DNA from: Hyphochytrium catenoides
Taxonomy: Eukaryota; Protista; Hyphochytriomycota
Assembly: GCA_900088475.1 (NCBI GenBank)
Contig: FLMG01000505.1
Coordinates: 1-64,000 of the forward strand
Direction: 5' to 3'
Length of the DNA stretch: 64,000 bases
Made by a program: the position numbers and the translations under genes. A model generated the notes under the pieces. It saw only the letters and a program-made list of their open reading frames with translations, searched no databases and was not told the origin of the DNA. Shown one piece after another: positions 1-11,202 of this stretch; position 1 is the first letter of the stretch; every line of letters begins with the position of its first letter.

Positions 1-276
1 CTCAGGGTCTGTCAACCGTAAGCGATCGAAGTAAGTTACGTCGAATCGCTCTTGAACAGAGAAAGTGTACAAGAAAGGTATTGAAGAGAGCGATAGCACG
101 GATGAAGAGATGACGGTAAGGACCCAAGCCCGCTGCTTAGCAGTTGCGAGTACGCTATTACGAAGCTTTCTGCGGCTCCAGACATAGGCAATGGATAGGC
201 AGACAGATGCGAGTATCATACTCGTGCCAGCTCGCCAATCTTTCAGCCCATCTGCAAGAGACAGAACCTCGTCCAT
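1..276 (-). CDS. TLC (TRAM/LAG1/CLN8) domain membrane protein, 5' part; runs off the left edge
   Basis: Open minus-strand frame from ATG at 276: MDEVLSLADGLKDWRAGTSMILASVCLSIAYVWSRRKLRNSVLATAKQRAWVLTVISSSVLSLSSIPFLY... It has two hydrophobic segments, and KQRAWVLTxxSS resembles the start of fungal/protist TLC proteins. It is missing from the ORF track because there is no stop in the window. Confidence 0.55.
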   Translation of the reverse strand, partial: MDEVLSLADGLKDWRAGTSMILASVCLSIAYVWSRRKLRNSVLATAKQRAWVLTVISSSVLSLSSIPFLYTFSVQERFDVTYFDRLRLTDPE

Positions 277-893
277 AGTCCCCCGAAGCTTCCACCCCTC
301 AACCAAGAGAAAGTCCCGATCGTGGTCAACTTCAAAAACTCAAATCCGAGATGGCGCACCAAGTACCATGATTTGGTTTAGCAAGGGGGATACTCTAGGG
401 AGAATGATACAGCCTTAAGGCTTGTCTATCCAGGTGTGCAGCCACGAAGAGCTTATCATTACATCGGAAAAGTACAGCCTTTGCTCGTCGTACTCGTAGT
501 AATTCTATGGGAGCACCAGCTCTGGATTGGCACTGCTATTGGCACTGTAGAGCTCAAGGAATCAGTCTGATGACGACCGAGGGGAGAATGGGTTCGAAGG
601 CAAGACGTGTAGGGTTCGATCCAAACTCACCATCCGCCCCGAGATATAGAATATCCCTTTCATAACGGGCATGGATTCTTGATTATTGGCACCATATATT
701 AAATGGTAATTTTTAATAAGCATTCTACTATCCCGGATAAGCCCATTCTAATTTGGTATTGCTGTTGCTTTGAGGAAAAGGAACGGATCTCTTTGACAAC
801 CTTTCGACTGGAAGGTGCCTACCCCCATCTAGGGGTAGCCTTTCGATGAAGATCAATGAATCGACTTTAGTCAAACTGGTTCTTCTCTAGGTG

Positions 894-947
894 GAGGCTC
901 AGGGGCAACCCTCGCATCCTGGGGCTCAGGGGCAGCCTTCGCATCCT
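894..947 (+). repeat. 27-bp tandem duplication (2 copies)
   Basis: gaggctcaggggcaaccctcgcatcct / ggggctcaggggcagccttcgcatcct, 24/27 identical. Confidence 0.9.
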
Positions 948-1588
948 CCTCGTATACGGAAACGTCCTCTAGTAATACGCCTAAGGTGGTCTTCCCGCTG
1001 GACCTCGGCGGACGGGCATAACGGACGCTCACATTACTACGGACTGGCGGCCGCTGACAGACAGATGGCGAAAGGAAGCTCAAGGGCTCACTTACTAGCC
1101 CCTAGAGACTGGGCTGGGCACCTTTGGGCTAGAATGCTGAAGCACGTTCAGCGTGTATCTCTCTACCTCTCAACACTCTCTCTCTTTCCTCCCCTTTCTT
1201 CCCTTTCTCTTACGCTCTGTCTCTCTAACCTTCTCTCTCACTCTTTCTCTCTTCTCGTCTCGCCCCGGTTGTCTTTGTCGCTCTTCCTCTCGTGTCTGGT
1301 ATCTCTTCTTATCTCCTGCTACCTCTTTCTCTCCCGATCTGTTTCTCCCATTTTCCCGGCTCGAGCTCTTAGGGAGAGGATATTGTGGTTGAAAAGGTTA
1401 TTGTCACTCTTCGCGTTCAGCTCTATCTTCCCAAATCCTCCCGCTAAGACGTTAACTCACTACTTCGCTGCCAGATAACCATACCTGTGCAGCTATCGAC
1501 AGAGCTCAAGAGTTGTGGGTACATTGCGAAAAGCGGATCTGCCAACGCTCGGAGAATAACGCAACAGACAACGCGAAGCTAAGGCAGG

Positions 1589-4500
1589 ATGATCAGCGCA
1601 ATTTTACTGGTCAATCAGAAGGGCGAGCAGGTGCTCAGCCGCTTCTATAGGTCAGCTACCTTTCGGCATATATATTGCAGATTAACGCCTGAGTGACCTT
1701 TACCGCTCTTACAGGGATGATGTCTCCAAGCAGAACTGCGACCACTTCAGGCAGCAGGTCATTGCTAGCAAGGAGGTTGGATCTAAGGCACCGATCGTGC
1801 TTCTGGATGGCGTGACATTCATGTATTATCGCCAGCAGAACATGTACATTGTAGCTGCGACGAGGCAAAACATGAACCCAGGTGGGACAAGGTCTGGGTT
1901 CCTCTTTCTTGCACACCCTTATAAACGGAGTTCGTTTCATCTCTTCCTTGGTTGATGGAACCTCTTGTCCTAAAACACACCTTCCGCCAAACGTAGCACT
2001 TGGATTCCAGTTCCTCATCCAGCTCGTGAAGGTTTTCAGCTCTTACTTTGGTGCTAAGTTTGATGAGGTGAGCGGCAGCCATCTATGTAGGGGTGAATGC
2101 AACTTTTGGGGATCTTACGGCTCTATGCAGGATGCCGTGAGGAACAACTTCACCCTAATTTATGAGCTTCTTGATGGTAAGGACAGAACTTGACAGACCG
2201 AGGTCAAAGTGAACATCCTCCTGCTGTCCATGAAGCCTTTGTTGTCTCTTCTCCTCTTGTTGCTATTCAGCCCCTTCTTCCTCCAGCTATTACTTCCGTC
2301 CATGACTCTTACTGACTGCTGCGTATTCTATGTTCTGTCTCTTTCTTACAGAGACAATCGACTATGGATACCCTCAGAACTGTTCTCCAGATGTCCTCAA
2401 GCTGTACATCAACCTCGGAAGTTTCTTGGCCGTCGAAGGCAACCAGCCTTCGGCCCAGCTCACCTCTCAAATTACCGGAGCGATTGACTGGTGCGTCAGA
2501 CATAATTATCCGTTCCGATCGGGTTATCCGGGTTCCCCCAAATGCTCCGTTTATCAGGTCTTCTCGTCTTCCCTCGAGACGCACTAGCTTGACCACTGTT
2601 CCCTTTGGTGTCTACTCTCTCAGATCGCTCCCTGTCTACCTCTGATCTTGGTATTGTCGTGTGGTCTCTTCTCTTTTGTTGGTTGTGATGCTTCCAAGGT
2701 CTCCCTAGAGAGTGGGGGAGACAGAAGAGAGAGAGAGAGAGAGATGAAAAAGGGGAGAGAAGATAATCTGTTGAGGGGCTCTTAGGTCTTACGGAGTACC
2801 AAGGATGCTAAACAATCCCCTCTCAATCTCTCTCTCCTTCGTTCCCCTCTTTCGCTTCCTCTGCCTCGGCGTCTCTTGTTTTCTGTCGGTCGCTCGGTCT
2901 CTACCCCTTCCGTCCCGTGCTCCTCTGGCATCATGTTTGCTCAACGTTCCTAGGCGACGGGAGGGCCTCAAATATCGGAAGAATGAAGTGTTCATCGATA
3001 TCTTGGAGTCGGTCAATCTTCTTATGTCTGCAAAGGGTAGGAGAGCGTTCTCTCGCTAACTCTTGAATCTGTGCTCTGATCTGCCACATCTTATAGCCTA
3101 GGTCTCGTGTCCGTTGGAGTCACTTGCTTTCTCTTCACCACTCAGTTTTGTGATTCTTTCTATGCCTCTGCTGCTATCTCGTCCATTCAGTCCTTGATTC
3201 TGCGAGGTGCAGCGCTAACACGACAGGTTTTCAGGAACCGTCCTTAGGGCCGATGTCTCCGGCCAGGTCATGATGAAGGCACTACTCTCTGGAATGCCAG
3301 AGTGCAAGGTATCACGTTCAATCTTGTTTGTTATTGCTGGGTTTTCCTTCTACGAGCTCCATTCAACTCCGTCCGTAATATCTATCTCGGTCATTGAAGG
3401 ACTACGATCTTTCAAAGCTATCTTAAAGTATACGCGGAACTGAGCTTTCTCCTTGCCTTCAGTTTGGACTCAATGACAAACTTATCATGGATCGCGAGGG
3501 TGGTAGTAATGCGGGAGACAAGGGAGGGGCTGACAAGAAGTCTGCAAAGAAGTCAAAGGCTGTCGAGGTGCGCGCAGATGGCTGGGATCTCTCTCTTAAA
3601 CATGCTGCTCTCTTTCTTTTGAGCACAGTTCTCCATACGCTTTCTACGTGTCCCCGCTGACGCCGGCTGTCGTTAGCAACCTCCCTCTTTCAATCTTCGC
3701 CGTTCCTTAATTCCTTTGCACACACTCAGTGATGCGTGCTCTTGCCTTCGGCTGTCATTGCAATTTCAGAATAACCCCTCTCCTACTCCGTGCTTCACTG
3801 ATTTGGCTCACCTTTCTCCCTATCAATAGCTGGATGACGTGTCCTTCCATCGCTGCGTGCGACTGGGCAAGTTTGACGCTGACCGTACTATCACCTTTAT
3901 CCCTCCTGATGGAGAATTTGAGCTTATGAGGTATGTAAGATTGCAGAAACAACACATCCAGTCCTCAAGTTTGCCAGGGGACGCTCTTCGCGTTGACAAT
4001 GCGCTTATCATAATCTTTCATGCGTTTATACAGGTATCGCGTGACCGATAATGTAAACCTGCCTATTACTATCATTCCAAGTATCACGGAGCAGGGGAAG
4101 ACTCGCGTCCTGGTGAACATCAAGGTTAGAGCAGGAGTAGTCTGAAACAGATGACGAGGGAGAAAAAAAAATGAAAGCTCCAAAGTTTTGGGGCAAGCGA
4201 GACAGTGTAGAACGAGGTTTGAGACGCAAGATGAGACGAAAGGGAATGTTCTGCTGATACTTTTATTGTTGGCTAACAGGTCAAGGCCAACTTCAGCCCG
4301 CAGCTCTGGGCGACCAATTTGGTAGTAAAAATCCCGGTAAGCACAAAAAGCCATACGGACGACTGAAACAATAACCCGGGCAAAGAAAAACTATGAACTG
4401 AAGGTCTCTCTCTATCGTGCTAGGCTCCTCCTAATACTGCGCGCATTGAGATCCCGACTGCCTATGGGAAGTGCAAATATGACCCCGCGCAGAAGTGCGT

Positions 4501-5057
4501 CATCTGGAAGGCCAGACGATTTCCAGGTAATCCTCTCTTTGACAATTTTCCTTGCGCACGGACTAGTCTTCATCCTGGGTCGACCCTTCCTTTGGCTCTG
4601 TGTCCCATCTCTTGGGTTGCAGAGTTCGCATGACTCCTTACTCCTTTTTTCCCGAGTCCAGTAGTGTCTGATGATTGCTCTTTAGGGGGTTGTGAGACTT
4701 TGATTTCGGGCGAAATCTTTCTGGCTAGCACTGTCAAAGAAAAAACCTGGTCCAAGCCGCCCCTCCAAGTTGAGTTCCAGGTGCCCATGTTTGCATCATC
4801 AGGACTCCATGTCAGGTTCTTGAAGGTAAAGCCCCTTCCTAAGTCCATCGCTGGCACCCATGCCAAACAGGACCGGCCCTTGCTTTCCATTTCCCATGAC
4901 CCAGTGCATCTTCCCTACTCATTCGTTTTCTGGTGCTGTCCCTGCTCAATCTCTAAGGCCCTTCCTTTAACCTCAGGTCTTCGAGAAGAGCCACTATGAG
5001 ACGGTGAAGTGGGTCCGGTACATCACCAGGGCAGGCACCTATCAGATTCGAGTCTAG
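1589..5057 (+). CDS. AP2M1: AP-2 adaptor complex subunit mu (14 exons)
   Basis: Spliced translation: [25 protein letters not shown]...[22 protein letters not shown]...[37 protein letters not shown]...[36 protein letters not shown]...[52 protein letters not shown]. All 13 introns are GT-AG, and the AAK1-type Thr site (SQITG) is retained. Confidence 0.96.
2727..2744 (+). repeat. (GA)n microsatellite in an AP2M1 intron
   Basis: gagagagagagagagaga. Confidence 0.85.
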
Positions 5058-5148
5058 GTGGTGCTACGCCCCTTTGCGAGCCTTATTTCTGCGAGCTGCC
5101 TTATGCACTCCTTGGAGAGATAACGAATGTCCGGAGAGCGGATGGCCC

Positions 5149-7678
5149 TTATCTCCGCTTATAAATACATGGCTGACATACATCAAAGAAGTGATATCGT
5201 GAGAATGATCATGCTTCCTGTATCTTCTCTCTCTCTTCATCATCGCTTGTACTGTCCTCTCTCTCTTACCTTCAGCGAAAACTGAACATTAGCATCAGGT
5301 TTCTTGCCACTCTTCTTGAAGTCCATAAAGACGAACATCACGTTTGACTTATCCTGAGGAGGGGATCATAGTGAGTGTGCAATCAATCCGCTCCTTGGCC
5401 AGCCTCTCATGGCCAGAGCCCCGCGTGTTGACGCTTAGAAGTAGCTCCCCGTATCTGTATCATGGATTATCTCTCCCCCACACCCGTCAACCTTCCGCTG
5501 GCGGTTCATTCTGTCTCTGCCTTTTGCAACCCAAAATCTGATACCGCCTTGATCCATCTTACCGTAGCTGTGCAACTAAAGCCGAGTGGTATAAGCTTAG
5601 CGATAAAACCCTATGGAATGAGGTGAAGAGAGTAGGGGGCCTCAGCCAAGATTTGTCTTGTCACAATGGGCAGGGAAAGCTGGAGAATTCACAACAGGCA
5701 GTCACACAGACAACTGGGAGGGAATACAGAGACGGCGATCGGTAGAAGAGACAGAGAGGCTAGGCCGGACCAACTCTTGTCGCTAAACAAAAAAAGAGTA
5801 GAACCGAGTGACAGGTCGACTCAAATCGGAGAAGGCAAGGGTGGTTCTCAGATACTATCTAGCGATGAGCAGACTTCACCCTGGGAGATTCTCTCCCAGT
5901 CGTCGTCCTCCATAAAGATTTCGTCATGGAACATCACCCGAGCCTTCATCCCTCCCACTCCCGAGAAGGTTAACAGCTTATGCTAAACACGTTTGCCCCT
6001 CACATCAATGCCTCCCACTGACGGGTCTTCAAAGCGACTTTTCACCTCGGCTATCTAAAGGAGGATAAGAAACGCACGATATTAGAGTGACGGCCCAATA
6101 GCCTCAGAAGCGAAGGCATACAGATGCGAGGAAAATACCAATGATGTCCCAGAAGCAAGAGGACCTAATATTCGAACGAGGCACAATAGTCCACACTCAC
6201 TGACCTTCAGGACTCCGTTCGGTCTCAGAACCCGATGAGCTTCCCTTAGATAAGAAGCCAAATTTGTCCCCATGAGCGATAAGCAGAAGATTGCAGCATC
6301 TACTGAAGCCGAAGGCAAGGGCACCTTACGCAGCGTACGGAAGATCAACGAGACAGGGCAAAATGGTTAGTAGGGACCAGCATCGAGACAGAAGGCACTC
6401 AGGTGGGTCGACAATGAACGAGAAGAGTTGGGCCGTCCTATCCTCTCCGTCTCATTTACCGATCGCCGTCTCTTTACTCCCTCCCGGCTGTCCCTCGCTT
6501 GTCAAGTCCGCCTTCTCTCTTTTTGGCATTTACCCCCGTCCTCTGCATATCTCCTGATCTCACCTTGGCCATATCACAAGCTGTGATAAACTCATTTACT
6601 GCAACCAAGTCAAAAGAATGGACGGTGTTGGAGACGCTCTGCGCCAACCTTGCTTCACCGCAACCAAAGTCAGCGATAACCAGGTTAGGTCGACTCCTAA
6701 ATAAGGATGGGCCACAAAAAAAGAGACGTACCGCGGGTGGTCAGAAAGAGAGAGAAAACGGAAGGTGGCTATAGAGAGAAACACTGTTAGAAGATGTACC
6801 GAGACAAGGTACATCCCTCGCCAACAGCACTTAATATCAGTGCTTCAAACTTCCGCTTCTCTTCTGGTGCTTGCTAAAGATGCCCTTCCCTCCTCCTCAC
6901 CCACGTACGGGTTATCAACACTTTCGTACCTCTAATCCCATACTGAGTCTAGGTGAACGTTGTTTCTTCTCTCACTCCGTTCACTGTTTGCTCTCTCTTC
7001 TATACGTTAAACCACCTTCCTCACCTGGCAAATCTTATAAAGACGTCCAGCGGGTTCGTCGGCCACTTCTCGGCCTGTTCCCTGAAGCCTCGGTGGTACT
7101 GCAGGGTAATAAAATAATCAGTGCTTGAACAGTTCAATCCACGAAGGAGAGGAGAGAGCATGCTGACAGTCCCGTAAAGAGGACAATGAAGAAGGTGAAT
7201 CGGCCCGCTTAGGGCGACCGCAAGGCACATTGCAAGAAGCGGGACTCGAGCTATCATTTGAGGTACAAGGGAGAGAGCGAGACGTAGGGTACGAGAAACC
7301 TCCCCAGTCCACATGTGGGGAGAAGGGCCAAGATGCAAAGGCGCCACATATTTTCCTACCACGTCAAAGAGCGAGGGATCCTCTTGGAATTTCTCGAAAG
7401 CTTGGTGTCCAGTTGAGGTATACAGCTCCTCGTNNNNNNNNNNNAGAAGAGTCTCTTCTCTTCAGTCGGTTACCGCCATCCTTCTGTGTCTGTACTGCAT
7501 TGCCTCTCTTACGCTTCTTCGAGACCAGAAGATGACCATTTGTTGACTCTTCCGAGCCATTGCTTTTCCTTTTCTTTCCAGGGTTTATGTCGTCCTCTCT
7601 TTTGAGCTCTTGAGAAGTAGCTGCAGCTTGACGATCAAGGTTTGCACTTCGTCTCTTCTTGGTCCTTTTACGAGACAT
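5149..7678 (-). CDS. RRP8: Ribosomal RNA-processing protein 8 (25S rRNA m1A methyltransferase), multi-exon, interrupted by an assembly gap
   Basis: Basic N-terminus MSRKRTKKRR, then EELYTSTGHQAFEKFQEDPSLFDV|YHRGFREQAEKWPTNPLD; VIADFGCGEARLA; HSFDLVA; ACDMAK|VPLPSASVDAAIFCLSLMGTN; EAHRVLRPNGVLK|IAEVKSRF; ends LK|PCIYKRR*. Confidence 0.95.
7434..7444. other. Assembly gap (N run) inside RRP8; the true gap is probably longer
   Basis: 11 Ns; the conserved RFRxLNE segment expected just before EELYT is absent. Confidence 0.85.
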
Positions 7679-8210
7679 GGCTGCAGATGGGCTCCTCCGA
7701 TGGTGGGCAAACTCCTGACGGTGGGCAAGCTTCAAGCAGTGAATTCTTTAAACTGAATGAGGTGTAGGAAGCGCTCCCGGATAGGAGAGAAACAGCCGAT
7801 TTCCTTCGAGTGTCTACCGAGAGAGAGCAGGAGAGAGGGAGTGCAGGACAAAGCGACCGAGCAGAGGAGCTCGATCGACCAAGAGAAAGAGAAAAGAGAT
7901 AGGAACTCTTATTGAAGAGAGAGAGCGAGGCTGCAGAGGCGAGAGTGGAAAGCGTGTTGGCTGGTCAGAATTAGCTCCTACTTGCATCGCCCACGACCCC
8001 TCTACCCAGGGCACAAATTATAACTAAAGGATGCAAATTTTGTGTTGTGACCCTAGTACAGACACAGTACCGCTACCGGCCGTCTTGCAGGCTGTAAGGC
8101 GCTGGAGAGAAAAGGCAATAAATCTTCATTTTATTGTCTTTCAGAGCTTCAATAGGTCTTTTAGAGACTGCTGCAGACAGGCAGGCTCAGTGCCGTACAG
8201 AAGGGGTGCA

Positions 8211-10906
8211 ATGGCCTCGTTAACGGGAGCCAGAAGGCTACTTGGCCAGCGTCTATCTTCCATAAGCTCTTTCATTCCGCGCGGGGCTGCTGCCATTCGG
8301 AGTCACCAACATGGACCGACCGCGCTTTTGCCTTCGTCGACTGTTGGTGCGCGTAGTGTGGCCATTGGTCGTATGCTGCCTGAGGAGCAGGTTCCAAATG
8401 TCAAACAGCTGAAGCTGAACTTTCTACGCGATGATTTATCGCCTGCGAAAGCTAAGTTAGCGGCAGTGAGAACCCGTAAGGTCCTAGCGGAATGGTTTGT
8501 CAAGTCTAAGGACAGAACCGTCAACCTCAGTATCATGCCAATTGAGACCATCGCTGTGTCCGACACTGTTTACGTACACAAAGGTCAGATGAACCTTCTC
8601 ATAGCGCCTCTCAGACTCTCCATCAGCTCTCTATGCGCAAAGATTCTTCACCAGCTTTAGCTCCAAGCACTTTCCTCCTTCGTATTTTCAGTGTTCTTAT
8701 CGTTCATTCCGTGTTGTTTCGACTCCTCCCATGCTCATCAGGCATTTCCCATCGTTACACAAAGTAGACATGACAAACCATAGGCCCATCATAGAGTAAC
8801 TTCTCCCTCCTCTCTCCTTCTTTGTCTCTCTTACGACCTCTTCTCACGGCCTGTGTCTCTACCTGTCGTCTTCCTTTTCGTCTATTCTAATACCCTTCCT
8901 ATGCGTTCTCTCCCCACAGTGTTCTTCTTCAGCCCTGTGCTTCCCGACGAGAACCTCACCTCCCATTATCTCTACTACGACGGGGTGACTCTGCAAGCCA
9001 CTTTGCCTCCGAAGTGGGTTAAGGAAGCGCTGTCATCTCCCGAAAAAGAGAATGATGCAGCACTGCAGAAGCGGATTGAGACGGCGAACTTCATCTCTAA
9101 TACACTGCCTCAGGTGAAGGGACCCATGCAGTATCTGATTTGGGGACAACAAAAGGTATGGCAGCCACTGGACAGTGAGACACAGGGGAAGACAGACACG
9201 GAGAGTAAGGGAGCGGGAACCACCAAAATGCTTTAAGGAAGGGAAAGTTAAGCAATATTCTCAGTATGAGGGCACAGTAGGGAAGGGCTGTGAGAGAGAA
9301 ATGGATGAAGGAGCCAATGCTATCGAGACGTGTGGGCGCCTTGCTTTGATGTGCCCAGGCAGAGTTTCAGGGGGCGCATTCTGCTAGAGGCCACTGGAAA
9401 GCTTGTTGAGGTCGAACTGGGAGTAAGATAAGAAGAAGATCTTGCAGGGAGAAGCTAATCCAGTACCTAACCTGATGATCCTCCTGCATCCTAACGACAG
9501 ACCCCCTTCAGGATTCCTACGACGGCAACTTCAGATGGCTCTTTTGACCCCTTGGCTCCCCCTAAATTCTTCGCGCCCTGGACTCCAGAGCTGCCGTTTG
9601 GTGATTTGCTAGCAGCCCGTCTAGCTCGTCTTTCTCCATCCGCCACTGTGCCGCTTTCTTTGAGAGAAAAGCTTAACACTTCAGAAGGTCTTCAGCTGTA
9701 CAAGGCACTACAGGAGAAGATCGCTCGGGAGAAAGGACTCAAGGGACTTGAGGTCCTTAAAGCCTTGAGCGGCTTTATTCCTCCTACTGGACCTGCCACA
9801 AAGTTCTACCAAGCTCCATTTATGTACAGGGACGAGGACTACGTAGATCCGACGGTAAGCTATGGGAACAGTACGGAGACGATATTTCAAGCCAGCCACC
9901 CTCCTGTGCCATACTCGATATGCTGAACACGCCATCTTCTGCCTTCAGAATATCGTGACGCTGAATAAGTTCTTAACCTTCAATGGCAAGATAATCCCGA
10001 GGAGATACTCCAAGCTAAAGGCTCGAGAACAGGTGTCCCATCCCCCGTCCATCTGAATGATTATCCGGCCTGGACACCTCCTCTCCGCTTGCCTATCAAT
10101 GTTGCTGTCCTCCGTGGTGCTTTCTTCGGATCACGGCTAGACCCTTACCTGGCTCCTCCCTGCTGTATTCCCTCCCTCTAGATAGGGTTTGAGTGTTATG
10201 CCCTAAACGGAGTTTCCCTGCTTGCATCTCCTCCAGCTCCTGCTTCTGCCTGTAGCTATCAGCTATCAATTTTAGCGTGGACCTGCCCACTAAACCATTA
10301 CTCTCGATGTTACTTTCGTTTAGCGCAAAGCTGCACGGACCATTAAGTGCTCCAGGCAGGCGGGTTTCCTGCCCTACCTCCACAGTATCCCTGTACTCAC
10401 TGATGCAGTTGGCAACCCCCGCCCTAATAAACTTTACATTGAAGAGAACCATGGCATACTTGGGAGCCTAGCTTATGAGTCTACGGTTGACTCGATGGAG
10501 TTTACGGAATGGCGAGGACCGAAGTTCCGCCGAAGGAGAGGTAAGACGATGAAGCTCTAAAGCAGGAGATGAAGCTAGGATGTCGGGATGATGTGATTGA
10601 AACCTGGGGGCTGAGGCTGGTAATGTAAGGCAGAGTCAACGTGACTGCTTTTTTTTAACACCATGTCCAGTTTCCTTTTGAGAGGGTTATGAGTCAAAGC
10701 TTGTCTGCTAGAGTTGCAAGATCCAATCAGATCTTGCTGCTTTGAGAAGCAGGCTGTAGATGAACGGGGGGCGAGAGAGAGAGCTGTAGCCCATATAACA
10801 GGTGTAAAAAACTCGTCTGTCGGAGTAAAAGAAGGACGATTACCAGACATCTGTTTTACTAATCTCATCTCTTGCAGCTACCACTATGAAAGAGGCGGAG
10901 AAATAA
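8211..10906 (+). CDS. Mitochondrial ribosomal protein S18 (bS18m)-domain protein with a long N-terminal extension
   Basis: Arg/Ser-rich presequence MASLTGARRLLGQRLSSISSF. Spliced S18 signature YVDPT|NIVTLNKFLTFNGKIIPRRYSKLKAREQ|RKAARTIKCSRQAGFLPY. The last intron 10541-10877 (gtaag...tactaat...ttgcag) gives a stop at 10906; unspliced, the stop is at 10560. Confidence 0.8.
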
Positions 10907-11202
10907 TGGACGGCTGCACCTCCCGGCATAAGGCATCTGAGAAAGATGGATGATGTATTGAGGTAGAAGGCCCTCTGAACGGCGGCACTACTTTTGTCTC
11001 ACTGACGCGTTGGAGGCATGAAGAGTAGTCTGGACGGAGGAGAAGAGTGCACCGCAAATTAGCTGTTTTAGCCTTGTGCAATAAATCATCGAAAGACAGA
11101 TCCTAAGGACCCCTAGTGCCCACGCTATTCTGTCATTTAGCTATATGAAGTCGGCTTGCGCCGCTATATATGGTTGTACAAGGTGTTTGTTGTTGTGGGC
11201 AT

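Noticed and set aside
590-632. gggttcga twice and a terminal cca, suggesting a tRNA T-loop
   Set aside because: No T-stem pairing, acceptor stem or D-arm can be built.
891-1478. 195-aa ORF with a hydrophobic Leu/Ser-rich C-terminal half
   Set aside because: The Leu/Ser/Phe richness comes from translating a CT-rich tract typical of introns here.
10948-11008. atgatg...ctga...ctga, C/D snoRNA-like
   Set aside because: Imperfect C box, no terminal stem and no recognisable rRNA guide.
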